64,000 nucleotides of DNA from Thalassospira sp. (GCF_002709775.1 NZ_PAQR01000043.1:15192-79191); one strand, 5' to 3'; counted from the first letter of the stretch, positions 47,314-57,092 are shown. Numbers and translations are program-made. The notes: a model not told the origin generated them from the sequence alone.

Positions 47314-48731
47314 CCGCGCAGCTTAAGGTCGCGGGGCAGGCGGGTATTGGCGTTGACGCGTGCGCGCTGGATTTGCTCGGCAAACAGGCCGCGTGTGCAG
47401 CTTAGATCGGCATCCCGGAAATCTGCGCCCGAAAGATTGGTGCCACTCAGATCGCAATTGATCATCTGCAGGCCCCGGAAATTGGCGTTCGACAGGTCCG
47501 ATCCCAAAAACACCGTGTTGCGCACCATCGCCTTGTTAAACCGTGCCCCGGTCAAACGGCTTGCCGCCAGATTGGCATTGTCGAGGTTGCTTTCAACGAA
47601 GTCAGCCGCAATCAGGTTGCAACGGCGCAGCACCGCATCCTTGCAATTGGCACGCTGGAAACTGGCGAAGGGCAGGCCACAGCGACTAAGGTCGATGCCT
47701 TCAAGCTCTGCATCGCGCAGATCGGCGTGTTCGATGGACATGACTGTGCCTTCGCGCCCGCCGGTATCGACCCAAAGCTTGTGACTGATCAGCGCTTCCT
47801 GCAGATCAATTTCAACAAGCTCTTCGTCCTCGACCTCGATGTCTTCTTCGGCTTCGATCTCCTCATCCGGGGTGTCGGACGGTTTGTCTTCGCTGCGCGC
47901 CGTCGCCGGGCTTAAAGCCTCGCGCGCGGACTGCACGGCTTCAAGGTTCTGCTTGCCGGTTTTCTTGTCGCCGGCACTGGGCGCGCCAACAAGCTCACCA
48001 TCGCCAAATGTCTGCCCCGTGCCATTCAGGCGCGGTTTGGCATCAGCGAGATCAAGATTGGTCGTCATGCCAACAGCCGGCGATGCCTTTGGCGTGCGGG
48101 TGCGCGTGATCGGACCGGCACCATCATTTTCCGGTGTCTTGGCAATCGTTGCACTTTCCGGAACTTCGACCGCCGGAGTTTCAGGTTGTGCCTTGCTGGT
48201 GGGGTTATCGGCCGCCGCCGGGGTCGCACTGGCGGTTGGCTTCTTTGCGGGTTTTGATCCGGCCATCTTGGCAAGGTCTTGCGGTCGGGCCGGGCCGAAA
48301 TAGTTTTCTTCAAATACGAAACGGCGCGGTTTTTTCAGGACCGCTTCAATGATTTTGGCAAGGCGTTCGGGGTCGACCGGCTGGCGAAATACGCCTTCGA
48401 TCCCGGCATCGACCGCATCGCGCATGCCGCGCCGGTCAAGTTTGGGGGCACCCAAAAGGATCGGAACTTCACGCCCATGCGGGTTGTCGTCGGTTGCGGA
48501 ATCACGAATGGCGCGAATGGTGGAAATGCCGCGAATGCCATCAAGATAAAGACCGATCAACACCAGATCCGGCTTGAGTTCGGAAACCATTTCGACCGTG
48601 CGTTCGCGATCATCACAATCAATGAATTTGCCAAAGCCAAGGGGTTCCACAGCGGCGCGCGCTGCGGTGATGTTACGTTCGCTGTAGTCCGCATACAGGA
48701 TCGTCTTTTTCTTGTTGTCATGGCTCGCCAT
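47310..48731 (-). CDS. Atypical receiver domain + low-complexity linker + pentapeptide-repeat protein
   Basis: N-terminal CheY-like pattern with PDLVLIG in place of the phosphoacceptor Asp, a P/A/T/K-rich and acidic linker, and about 22 A(D/N)LXX repeats. Confidence 0.8.
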   Translation of the reverse strand: MASHDNKKKTILYADYSERNITAARAAVEPLGFGKFIDCDDRERTVEMVSELKPDLVLIGLYLDGIRGISTIRAIRDSATDDNPHGREVPILLGAPKLDRRGMRDAVDAGIEGVFRQPVDPERLAKIIEAVLKKPRRFVFEENYFGPARPQDLAKMAGSKPAKKPTASATPAAADNPTSKAQPETPAVEVPESATIAKTPENDGAGPITRTRTPKASPAVGMTTNLDLADAKPRLNGTGQTFGDGELVGAPSAGDKKTGKQNLEAVQSAREALSPATARSEDKPSDTPDEEIEAEEDIEVEDEELVEIDLQEALISHKLWVDTGGREGTVMSIEHADLRDAELEGIDLSRCGLPFASFQRANCKDAVLRRCNLIAADFVESNLDNANLAASRLTGARFNKAMVRNTVFLGSDLSNANFRGLQMINCDLSGTNLSGADFRDADLSCTRGLFAEQIQRARVNANTRLPRDLKLRG

Positions 48732-48801
48732 GATGCGTGATGTCCCCTTTGCTCGCATATTCTGGCCGACCCGGGCCGTCGGACCCGTGGATCAAAATCC
48801 G

Positions 48802-49740
48802 TCAGGGACCAGCAGGAATGCTAAATGTACGCCGTCTTCCCGACGCCTCGTCGTTATTGGCATCCCCTGTGCCAATATCGCCGTCACCAACATCATCCCC
48901 GCCATCAGATGTTGGGGCGCCCGCGGCACTCCCGTTGCCTGCACCGGCACCTTCACCGTCATAGTTGCTCTCGACCATTTCAATGGTGATCTCGACGCGG
49001 CGGTTGGTGGCACGGCCTTCCGGGGTGTCATTGCTTTCAAGCGGTCGGCTTTCGCCGTAACCCTGGATCACCATTCGGCTCGGATCAGTACCATTCTGAT
49101 TGATCAGGTAGTGCAAAACCGATGTCGCGCGTGCCGCTGACAAGTCCCAGTTTGATATATAGGGAGACGAAGATGAAACCGGAACATTATCGGTGTGGCC
49201 GGCGACCTGAATTTCCCCTTCGGTCTGGTTGATGACCGGGGCGACGCGGTTCAGGATGGCGGCAAATTCTTCGGTCATGCCCGATGAGCCGGACGGGAAG
49301 GCCAGTTCGTTGGGGAAGCGCATGACAACTTCGCCGTCAATGCGCTCCAAACCGACCTGATCCTGAAGACCCATATTATCAAGAACAGTGCTTAGCGTTT
49401 CTTCAAGCGCCTCGGCCTTTTCTTCCTTGCTGTCGGTTTCGTTGCTTTCAACTTCCGGCGTTTCGGCCTGGGGGATTTCTGAAACCACGCGCGGAGTGTC
49501 AGGTGTTGGCGCCTTAAGCGACTTGCCGACAATCGACCCGTCGAGTTCGATCACGCCGGCCAGCTGATCCTGTTGGGAAAACCCGAATGCGGCCTTTACA
49601 GACCCGGCAATCTGTTTGTAGCGGATGACATCCATCTCGGCGAAGGTCAGCAGCAGCACAAACAGGACAAGCAGCAACGACATCAGATCGGCGAACGTCG
49701 CCATCCAAGCCGGTGCGCCTGCTGCGGGTTTCTTTGCCAT
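48802..49740 (-). CDS. motB: Flagellar stator B subunit (MotB/PomB-like)
   Basis: WMATFADLMSLL TM helix and an OmpA-like domain (GHTDN, NWDLSAARA, NRRVEI). Confidence 0.93.
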   Translation of the reverse strand: MAKKPAAGAPAWMATFADLMSLLLVLFVLLLTFAEMDVIRYKQIAGSVKAAFGFSQQDQLAGVIELDGSIVGKSLKAPTPDTPRVVSEIPQAETPEVESNETDSKEEKAEALEETLSTVLDNMGLQDQVGLERIDGEVVMRFPNELAFPSGSSGMTEEFAAILNRVAPVINQTEGEIQVAGHTDNVPVSSSSPYISNWDLSAARATSVLHYLINQNGTDPSRMVIQGYGESRPLESNDTPEGRATNRRVEITIEMVESNYDGEGAGAGNGSAAGAPTSDGGDDVGDGDIGTGDANNDEASGRRRTFSIPAGP

Positions 49741-49784
49741 GGCCTATGCCCAGCCTGTTGCCTGTTTGATCTGAGCCATCATGA

Positions 49785-50555
49785 TCATTCTCCGCCGCCT
49801 TCTTCGTCGGCCGGAACACCGCCCGGAAGATACGGACCCAGGATTTCCTTCATGACCATCGGGCTCTGGCTGGCCTGGATTTGCACGACTGATTCAATGA
49901 TCAATTGTTTGGTGTTTTTCAAACGATCCACCTTGAGCGCCAGCTTGTCGGCAACCGGAAGCGCAATCAGGTTGGCAAGAACCGCACCGTAAAACGTTGT
50001 CAGCATCGCAATTGCCATGGCCGGGCCGATGGCGTCCGGGTCTGAAAGGTTGGCCAGCATCTGCACCAGACCAACAAGCGTCCCAATCATGCCAAAGGCC
50101 GGTGCGGTATCACCGATACCGCGGAACATCAGTTCGCCAAGCTCGTCATTCTGGATGGATTTTTCCACTTCGCTCGAGATCGAGCTTCTGATGACTTCGC
50201 CGCTATGGCCGTCAACGCACATCCGGATGCCGCGCGCCATGATTTCGTTGTCAATCTCGACATTCTCTAAGCCCAGAAGACCGTTCTTGCGCACAAGGCC
50301 GGCAAGCTCAATCGCCTTTTCGTAAATCGAAAGCGGATCTTCCTTGGGGTTTTTGAAAGCAATGCCGATCCCGATCTTGAGCGACTTGACCACGTCGCGC
50401 ATCGGGAACTTGATCAGGGTTGCCGCCGCTGTCCCGCCAAACACCACCATGATCGATGGTACGTCGACAAATGAACTCAGGCTGCCGCCCAGCAAAATGG
50501 CGCCAAAAATAACGCCCATCCCGGCGATAATGCCAATAAGTGTCGCTATATCCAT
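49785..50555 (-). CDS. motA: Flagellar stator A subunit (MotA/PomA-like)
   Basis: MDIATLIGII, APAFGMIGTLVGLVQML, AMLTTFYG, PVADKL. Confidence 0.93.
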   Translation of the reverse strand: MDIATLIGIIAGMGVIFGAILLGGSLSSFVDVPSIMVVFGGTAAATLIKFPMRDVVKSLKIGIGIAFKNPKEDPLSIYEKAIELAGLVRKNGLLGLENVEIDNEIMARGIRMCVDGHSGEVIRSSISSEVEKSIQNDELGELMFRGIGDTAPAFGMIGTLVGLVQMLANLSDPDAIGPAMAIAMLTTFYGAVLANLIALPVADKLALKVDRLKNTKQLIIESVVQIQASQSPMVMKEILGPYLPGGVPADEEGGGE

Positions 50556-51032
50556 GTCGGTTTTTGGTATCCGGCTTTAAAACAAATTCTTTAAACGTAT
50601 TGTCCCGTCACTGAAAACAATACGTAGCGGGTCACAACTTGATCATTGGTCTGACAACCACACAGATGAAAGTCCCCTGTATGGGCGGCTACCAGATGGA
50701 AATGAAACGCGCACTACACTTCTGAAATTGGGGTTGCACATCCCGTTTTCCATATGCTTGCAATAACTTCTTGCTCGTAGAAGTGAAAGACTTCCCACAA
50801 ACAGTCCCGCCTGATTGTAAAATTACGGCGTTGGAATAACCAACGCTATACTTTTGGCGTTAAATGTTTGTTGCCAGACTTTCGCGCACTCCTCAACCCC
50901 ACCTAAGAATAATATGATCATATTCGTTTGGCAGGATGCCCGGTTTTACACCGGGCGCGCGTGAAAGAACAGGAGTGCAATCCTGACAATTTCTGATGTT
51001 TGCAATGTCTTACGGGTAAAGTTGGACCGAAA

Positions 51033-51884
51033 CTAGCCGAGCTCGAAGGACGAAATCCCGAAAATCATATCAAGATCAAGTTCGGGTGCCGGGCCCTTAT
51101 ACATGCGTGCGGTCTCAAATTCCGGCACCATGCCATGTGCGGTCGCCAGATCAACTGCCGCCTGATTGGGTTCGGGCACATCAAGATAGACCTTGCCGGT
51201 CTGATCATCGCGGCTTTGCAAAAGCGCGCCAAACAGGATTTCGGCATCCTTGGCATTCGGGGCGAAAAGCGGCCCAACCTTGTGGCCTTCCTGACACGGG
51301 CGGATCACGCCATAGGCGCGCAATCCCATCGGCCCCTTAAGGGCAAGTGCCGTATGCTTTTCATTGCCGATCCAGCCACGCAGGAACTCGATCCGGCTTT
51401 CGGGGAAAAGCTTGCAGGTCTGCTCGAACGCATCGACAATCGCGATGTCGTTCACCTCAAGGGTGAACAGATCATCCGGGGTTTCGACATTGGCTGTTAC
51501 GACACCGCCATAGCGGACATTGCGATGGGCAAATTCAAAACCGGATTTGCGATAATTGTCCTGCTGATCAACGACACCATCAAGGCCAATGGTCTTAAGC
51601 ACACTGTCCTCAAGCACCGTCTGCCACAGGCGATAGCCAAGACCGGAACCACGACGATCCTGACGGCAGATGTAAAATCCGACGAACCCGAAATCCGAAC
51701 TGTACTGAACCGCCGAGATCGCGGCTGCCAGTCCCTGCTTGTCAAACGCGCCCCAGAAGCCATCGGTGTCGGTGTTAAAAAACACCTCTGCATCATTGAT
51801 GCCGGGGTTCCAGCCCTCTTTGGCGGCCCATTCAACGGCCTGGGGAAACTCGAATGATTTAAGACGGCGGATTTTGTCAGGCAT
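51033..51884 (-). CDS. Tandem GNAT acetyltransferase (YitH-like)
   Basis: WAAKEGWNPG, RGSGLGYRLW, LDGVVDQQDNY, FETARMY. Confidence 0.85.
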   Translation of the reverse strand: MPDKIRRLKSFEFPQAVEWAAKEGWNPGINDAEVFFNTDTDGFWGAFDKQGLAAAISAVQYSSDFGFVGFYICRQDRRGSGLGYRLWQTVLEDSVLKTIGLDGVVDQQDNYRKSGFEFAHRNVRYGGVVTANVETPDDLFTLEVNDIAIVDAFEQTCKLFPESRIEFLRGWIGNEKHTALALKGPMGLRAYGVIRPCQEGHKVGPLFAPNAKDAEILFGALLQSRDDQTGKVYLDVPEPNQAAVDLATAHGMVPEFETARMYKGPAPELDLDMIFGISSFELG

Positions 51885-51982
51885 CGCTTTGTTCAGACTT
51901 CCGATGATCAGATGAGTGTTGGGGTTGCCGTGCGGGGCAGGCAAGCGCAATTGCCAAACATCTATCACGGGCGATGAAAATC

Positions 51983-52014
51983 AATGATAATTTTTATTGA
52001 GAATGCCTATCATT
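51983..52014. promoter_or_regulatory. Fur-box-like iron-responsive site
   Basis: AATGATAATTTTTATTGAGAATGCCTATCATT (tandem GATAAT/GAGAAT hexamers) upstream of a siderophore-interacting gene. Confidence 0.7.
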
Positions 52015-52066
52015 GTTATTATTACGGTGGGTACATTCCATTCGCGTCCCACCATCCGAGAATTTC

Positions 52067-53146
52067 ATGCCCACATCGCTTCTGACGGCCAAGACACGTA
52101 TCGCACTTCCCGGCAGTGCTGCCCTGATCAAACAGGCGGCCGATTTCTATCGTGAACATGATTGCGATGTGACGGGTGATGCGGATTACACACGCATATC
52201 GGTCTCCATCGGCCATATCCAGCTAAGCAGCACCGATACCACGCTTGAGGTCGAGGTGGGGGCAACGACCGAAGTCGATGTCATGCAGATGAAGTCGGCG
52301 ATCATATCGGTGCTGCAGGGGGCTGTTCCTGATGCCGATCTTGATTGCCGTTGGCAGGGGGCGGGCAAAAGCAATGGCAAGCTGCCCAATTTCTGTGAAC
52401 TGCGTGTGGGCGAGATCACCGATCTTTCACCGCATATGCGCCGCTTGCGCCTGCATGCCGATGACCTTGAGGCCTATGACAGTGACAGCATTCATGTGCG
52501 TCTTTTGATTCCGCCACGCGGGCAGGAAAATCCGCAATGGCCAACCTTGGCTGATAACGGCATGCCGGTTTGGCCCAGCGGGGAAAACACCATCGAACAG
52601 CGCGTCTATACGATCCGTGCGATGGATGCCAAGGCAGGCTGGATTGATGTCGATTTCGTCATGCATGGTGATAACGGCCCGGGATCGGCCTTTGCCATGC
52701 ATGCCAGTGCTGGCGACGTGGTCGCCATGACCGGGCCGCTCGGGACCGCATTGCCGGATGCTGACTGGATGTTGTTTGCCGGCGACGAAACAGCACTTCC
52801 GGCCATTGGACGATATCTGGCTGAAATGCCGGATCATGTAACGGGGCACGCCATTATCGAAGTCGGCAGCAAATCCGACGTCATCGCCGTTCCCACCAAC
52901 AGCCAGATCAAGGTCCAATGGCTGTTTCGCGATGACGCCCAGGCGGTCGAACGCAGTCTGATTCAGGATGCCATTCGATCGGTTGAGATGCCCGATGCAC
53001 GTGATCACATCTATTGCTGGGCCGGGGTGGAGCAGGCGGATTACAAACCGATCCATGCCTATTGGCGCAAGGAACTCGGTCTTGATCGTGATCGCTGTGT
53101 CGCCATGACATTCTGGCGCAAGGCGGGCCGGACGGCCAAGGGTTGA
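52067..53146 (+). CDS. Siderophore-interacting protein (ferric-siderophore reductase) with an extra N-terminal domain (DUF2218-like)
   Basis: RVYTIR, VDFVMHG, GPGSAFA, AGDETALPAI, WAGVE and the MTFWR C-terminus. Confidence 0.88.
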   Translation: MPTSLLTAKTRIALPGSAALIKQAADFYREHDCDVTGDADYTRISVSIGHIQLSSTDTTLEVEVGATTEVDVMQMKSAIISVLQGAVPDADLDCRWQGAGKSNGKLPNFCELRVGEITDLSPHMRRLRLHADDLEAYDSDSIHVRLLIPPRGQENPQWPTLADNGMPVWPSGENTIEQRVYTIRAMDAKAGWIDVDFVMHGDNGPGSAFAMHASAGDVVAMTGPLGTALPDADWMLFAGDETALPAIGRYLAEMPDHVTGHAIIEVGSKSDVIAVPTNSQIKVQWLFRDDAQAVERSLIQDAIRSVEMPDARDHIYCWAGVEQADYKPIHAYWRKELGLDRDRCVAMTFWRKAGRTAKG

Positions 53147-53161
53147 TCCACCGGGATCAGT

Positions 53162-54055
53162 CTACCGGACTGTTGCGACCGATTGATGCAGGTCCGGCGC
53201 GAAATGCGCAATCGCATCATCCAGTGCAATCAGGATTTCCGTATTCAGCGGATCGGTTGCCTGATCGGTATCGTGGCGCAATTCGGTAATCGCACGGATC
53301 AGTTCGCGATTCGTCGGATTGACCGTTGTTGCAATTGATTTGGCCTGCGCGCCGATCATCGCGCGGACGGCCTTGAAGGCGGCTATTTCCGTCTTGGCAT
53401 TAAGTGGCGGCCTTTCTTCAACGGCACGCTTCAGCGACAAACCCGTCATATGACTGGGCTCTGCTATCAGGGCGGCGGTGATCATTCTGAATGCGATGAT
53501 GTCTGTGGCCAACTGATCGCGATTTTGCGCAGTAGCCAGTTGCTTAAACGCAAACAGATCGGCCTCATGCTCATCCTGATGATCTTTGACCACGTCACCG
53601 CCGAAATGATCGGGCTGGCAATGGCGCACTTCATGAAAAATCAGCCAGCGAAATGTCAGATCAGCCGTGCTGGCATAGTGAAGCTTTGCGCCAAACCAGT
53701 TGCGCATCAGTTCGGCAAAGATTTCGGTTTTGCTTTCCGGTGTGAGTTTGGTCGGGACAAAAATCCGGCAGGTTGCCAGCGCCGCATCACCCTTGCGACC
53801 AGTCACCGTAAACGGCGAACGGGGCAATCTGGCAAAGGTCTGATCCGGGTTCTTGATATTGCCAAGACCGAGTGCCGCGTCGATCTTGCTTAGGAAATCC
53901 TCACGCCCTTCAAACACCACAAGTTCGATGTCACCAAAATGACGCAACTCGGTGGCCAACTGTTCCGTCTGGGCATGGCTTGCTGCCCCACCGGTCAGAA
54001 CTAGGATGGCAATCAGACATATCCGTTGAAGGCTGTTTCGCGCGCGATCACTCAT
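53162..54055 (-). CDS. Secreted hypothetical protein with an HExxH zinc-peptidase-like motif
   Basis: Signal peptide ending ASHA, then LIFHEVRHC...DEHEADLFA. Confidence 0.65.
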   Translation of the reverse strand: MSDRARNSLQRICLIAILVLTGGAASHAQTEQLATELRHFGDIELVVFEGREDFLSKIDAALGLGNIKNPDQTFARLPRSPFTVTGRKGDAALATCRIFVPTKLTPESKTEIFAELMRNWFGAKLHYASTADLTFRWLIFHEVRHCQPDHFGGDVVKDHQDEHEADLFAFKQLATAQNRDQLATDIIAFRMITAALIAEPSHMTGLSLKRAVEERPPLNAKTEIAAFKAVRAMIGAQAKSIATTVNPTNRELIRAITELRHDTDQATDPLNTEILIALDDAIAHFAPDLHQSVATVR

Positions 54056-54100
54056 CGCTTTACTATGCCCGTGCTCGAGCAGGCGTGCCAGATCAAACAA

Positions 54101-55051
54101 TCAGGCTTCGGCGTGCTGACCGGTGCGTTTGCGTTGCGGACCAAACAGGCAGGTCAGGATCAGGATCACCCCCGAAACCGTGGCAATCATTCCCGCCGCA
54201 CTGACCGCATAGGGTGATCCGAACCAGCCCGGGCCGTAACCGGCAAAGACATAACCGAGAACAGCTGAAATGGTGGCAAAGATAACCGACCATCCGACCT
54301 GACGGGCAAGCTGGTTTGTCATCAGGCGCGCACTTGCGGGCGGGCAGACAAACATCGCAATCACGATGATCGACCCGACCGCATCAAAGGCGGCCACTGC
54401 CGCAACGGCGGTGGCAACCACCAATGCAAAGCCAAGGGCGCGGGGACGAATGCCAATGGCACCGGCAAAGGCCGCATCAAATGTCGAGATTTTCAGTTCT
54501 TTCCAGAACAGGAAAATGAACAGGGTAATGCCCACCAGAACAACCGCCAAACGCGGCAATTGCGGGGGCAGGGTGGCAAGGGCTGCGGGATCAAGAAGCG
54601 ATCCCCAGCCTTCGGCGTCAAACCAGATCAGGCTTTCAAGATTGCCCAGCAACGCATGCTGCACATCGATATGCACCGAACTGGTGTCAGTGATTTCAAG
54701 GAACAGAACACCCGCGGCAAAAAGGGTAGTGAAGACCAGCCCCATGGCCGCCCCCGGCTCAACCCGACCCAACCGTTTGACGATTTCGATCATGATCACC
54801 GCAACGATGGCGGCCGCACCTGCGCCGATCATCATCGGCACGGCGGTAATCGTTCCGGTCACCAGAAAGGCCGCGACAATACCCGGCAGAACCACATGAC
54901 TGATGGCATCGCCAATCAGGGCCTGACGGCGCAGCAACAGGAAATTGCCCGGAAGCGCACAGGCAATGGCGGCCAGTGTGCCAATCACGATTGGCGTCAG
55001 GCTGAGTTGGACAAATTCCGCGCCAAGGGCCGTGATCAGATCATCGATCAT
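54101..55051 (-). CDS. Mn/Fe/Zn ABC permease (TroD/SitD-like)
   Basis: LIGDAISHVVLPG, HALLGN, AFDAVGSIIV. Confidence 0.92.
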   Translation of the reverse strand: MIDDLITALGAEFVQLSLTPIVIGTLAAIACALPGNFLLLRRQALIGDAISHVVLPGIVAAFLVTGTITAVPMMIGAGAAAIVAVIMIEIVKRLGRVEPGAAMGLVFTTLFAAGVLFLEITDTSSVHIDVQHALLGNLESLIWFDAEGWGSLLDPAALATLPPQLPRLAVVLVGITLFIFLFWKELKISTFDAAFAGAIGIRPRALGFALVVATAVAAVAAFDAVGSIIVIAMFVCPPASARLMTNQLARQVGWSVIFATISAVLGYVFAGYGPGWFGSPYAVSAAGMIATVSGVILILTCLFGPQRKRTGQHAEA

Positions 55052-56286
55052 GTCGTTGCTCCTTGCTGGGCTTGTGCGTTTTGCGCGCTCAGGATCATGC
55101 GATCGATCTCGGCAATCTGATCGGGCGTCATCATCCGTTCGATCGGGGTGAGACCATCATACCGTTCAATCGCGGAATCATCGGGCAACATCCGGCGCGC
55201 CATCGCCCAGCGGGCCTCATCATGGGCGGCCTTTTCTGCGGCAATCCGGCCACGTGCGGTGGCAACCCCATCAGCACGGATCATTCCGGCACGGCGCAGA
55301 ATGCGAATGGTCAGCCCGTCATAAATCGGTTCACGGCGAGCGAGTGACAGTAAGCCCTGCCGGCGATGTACGCGCCGCTGGAACCGTTGATGCCGCAGGG
55401 CTGATGCCAACCCGCCGCGCAACGGCGAGAACAAAGCGGATATCAAAAAGAAACCAAAGGCGACCAGAACAATGATTGGCCCGGTTGGAAGCGATGCTTC
55501 AGCGGCCGACAATACCGCACCGATATAACCTGAAAGCCCGCCAATAACCGCGGCAATGCCGATCATCTTGCCAACCTGATTAGTCCAGAAACGTGCCGCA
55601 ACCGGCGGAATGATCAAAAGGGCTACAATCAGGATAAGCCCGACGATCTTAAGACCAATCACCGTGACAATCAGGGCAAGCCCCATCATGGCAAGGTCGA
55701 TATTGCGGACATTGACCCCGGTGGTCGCGGCATATTCCGGATCAAACGCCACCAGCGTCATCGGGCGACGCAGCAGGAACACAAATGCTGCCGCCAGTGC
55801 CCCCGCAATCGCAATCGTGGTGGCTTCTGAGATCAGCATGCCGGCCGTTGAGCCCAGCAGGAAGTTCTCAAGCCCGGCCTGACGGCCTGATGACATGGTC
55901 TGGATCACGGTCAAAAGCACAATGCCAAACCCGAAAAACACCGACAGGACCGCGCCAATCGCGGCATCCTCGGTCAGGCGGGTTTTGCGGGTGATCCATT
56001 CGACCATCAAAAGCCCGATGGCCGATGAAATTGCCGATCCAAGGATAAGCCCCGGCAACCAGCGCCCGTCACTGCCAAACGCCACCATGATGATAAAGGC
56101 AAGGCCGACACCGGGCAGGGTGGCGTGACTGATGGCGTCGGAAACAAGCGCGCGTTTGCGCAGAAAAATAAACGCCCCGGCACTGCCAGCCGACAGGCCA
56201 AGCAGCCCCGCACCAATGGCAACAAGCGCGCTGTTGTAGCCAGCCTGCAGGAAAAGGGCGCTTATGAAATAATCAACAAATCCCAT
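55048..56286 (-). CDS. Mn/Fe/Zn ABC permease (TroC/MntC-like) with a cytoplasmic C-terminal extension
   Basis: LVSDAISHATLPG, EDAAIG, VGLILIVALLIIPP, plus a soluble tail of about 100 aa. Confidence 0.92.
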   Translation of the reverse strand: MGFVDYFISALFLQAGYNSALVAIGAGLLGLSAGSAGAFIFLRKRALVSDAISHATLPGVGLAFIIMVAFGSDGRWLPGLILGSAISSAIGLLMVEWITRKTRLTEDAAIGAVLSVFFGFGIVLLTVIQTMSSGRQAGLENFLLGSTAGMLISEATTIAIAGALAAAFVFLLRRPMTLVAFDPEYAATTGVNVRNIDLAMMGLALIVTVIGLKIVGLILIVALLIIPPVAARFWTNQVGKMIGIAAVIGGLSGYIGAVLSAAEASLPTGPIIVLVAFGFFLISALFSPLRGGLASALRHQRFQRRVHRRQGLLSLARREPIYDGLTIRILRRAGMIRADGVATARGRIAAEKAAHDEARWAMARRMLPDDSAIERYDGLTPIERMMTPDQIAEIDRMILSAQNAQAQQGATT

Positions 56287-56291
56287 GCGCG

Positions 56292-57092
56292 TTACGCCAG
56301 ATGCAATTCATCGATATGGGTGGCGGCAAGCCGCCCGCCATAGGTTTCCTGAAGGTTTTCGGCCGTAAAGGTCGTGTCGACCGGGCCTTCGGCAATGCGC
56401 CGCACATTGATCAAAAGTACCCGATCAAAATATTCCGCCACCGTCGACAGATCATGATGCACGCAGACCACCGTGCGGCCTTCGGCCTTAAGCTCCTTGA
56501 GTACGGAAACAATGGCGCGTTCGGTCGCGGCATCAACACCGGCAAACGGCTCATCGAGCAGATAGAACTCTGCATTTTGGGCCAAGGCACGGGCCAGGAA
56601 CACACGTTGCTGCTGTCCACCGGAAAGCTGACCAATCTGGCGGTCGGCAAAGTCGGCCATGCCGACACGTTTCAGGCAGTCCATTGCCTGTGCACGATGG
56701 CGCGCCCGCCACAGGCGAAACAGCCCGACCGATCCGTAAAGTCCCATCAGGACAACGTCGATCACGCGGGCCGGAAAATCCCAATCAACACTGGCGCGCT
56801 GCGGCACATAGGCAACCCGATCACGCGCATCTTCAAACAGCTTGCCAAAAATCCGCACTTCACCCGACAGGCGGGGCACAACGCCAAGTGTGCCTTTAAG
56901 AAACGTCGACTTGCCCGCACCATTCGGGCCGATGATTGCCGTCATCGATCCTGCCGGGATGGACGCATCAACGGAAAATACCGCTGGCTTGTTGCCATAA
57001 GACACGGTCAGGCCGCGCACGGTCAGCGGCGCATCCTTTGCCGCGACGTCGAGTATCTTGCCTGACTCTGCAACCAGTTTGGCGCTGCTCAT
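56292..57092 (-). CDS. Mn/Fe/Zn ABC ATPase
   Basis: [39 protein letters not shown]. Confidence 0.94.
   Translation of the reverse strand: MSSAKLVAESGKILDVAAKDAPLTVRGLTVSYGNKPAVFSVDASIPAGSMTAIIGPNGAGKSTFLKGTLGVVPRLSGEVRIFGKLFEDARDRVAYVPQRASVDWDFPARVIDVVLMGLYGSVGLFRLWRARHRAQAMDCLKRVGMADFADRQIGQLSGGQQQRVFLARALAQNAEFYLLDEPFAGVDAATERAIVSVLKELKAEGRTVVCVHHDLSTVAEYFDRVLLINVRRIAEGPVDTTFTAENLQETYGGRLAATHIDELHLA

Noticed and set aside
47330-47750. Pentapeptide-repeat coding region as a DNA repeat or CRISPR-like array
   Set aside because: Periodicity is at protein level only; no repeat-spacer array or cas genes were seen anywhere in the window.
50577-50594. Possible CtrA boxes near motA, the 4154 operon and the GGDEF/EAL gene
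   Set aside because: TTAA pairs are spaced 8-10 bp or have mismatched half-sites, not the TTAA-N7-TTAA consensus.
50666-50725. 19-codon ORF MKVPCMGGYQMEMKRALHF upstream of motA on the opposite strand
   Set aside because: No Shine-Dalgarno and unremarkable codon usage.
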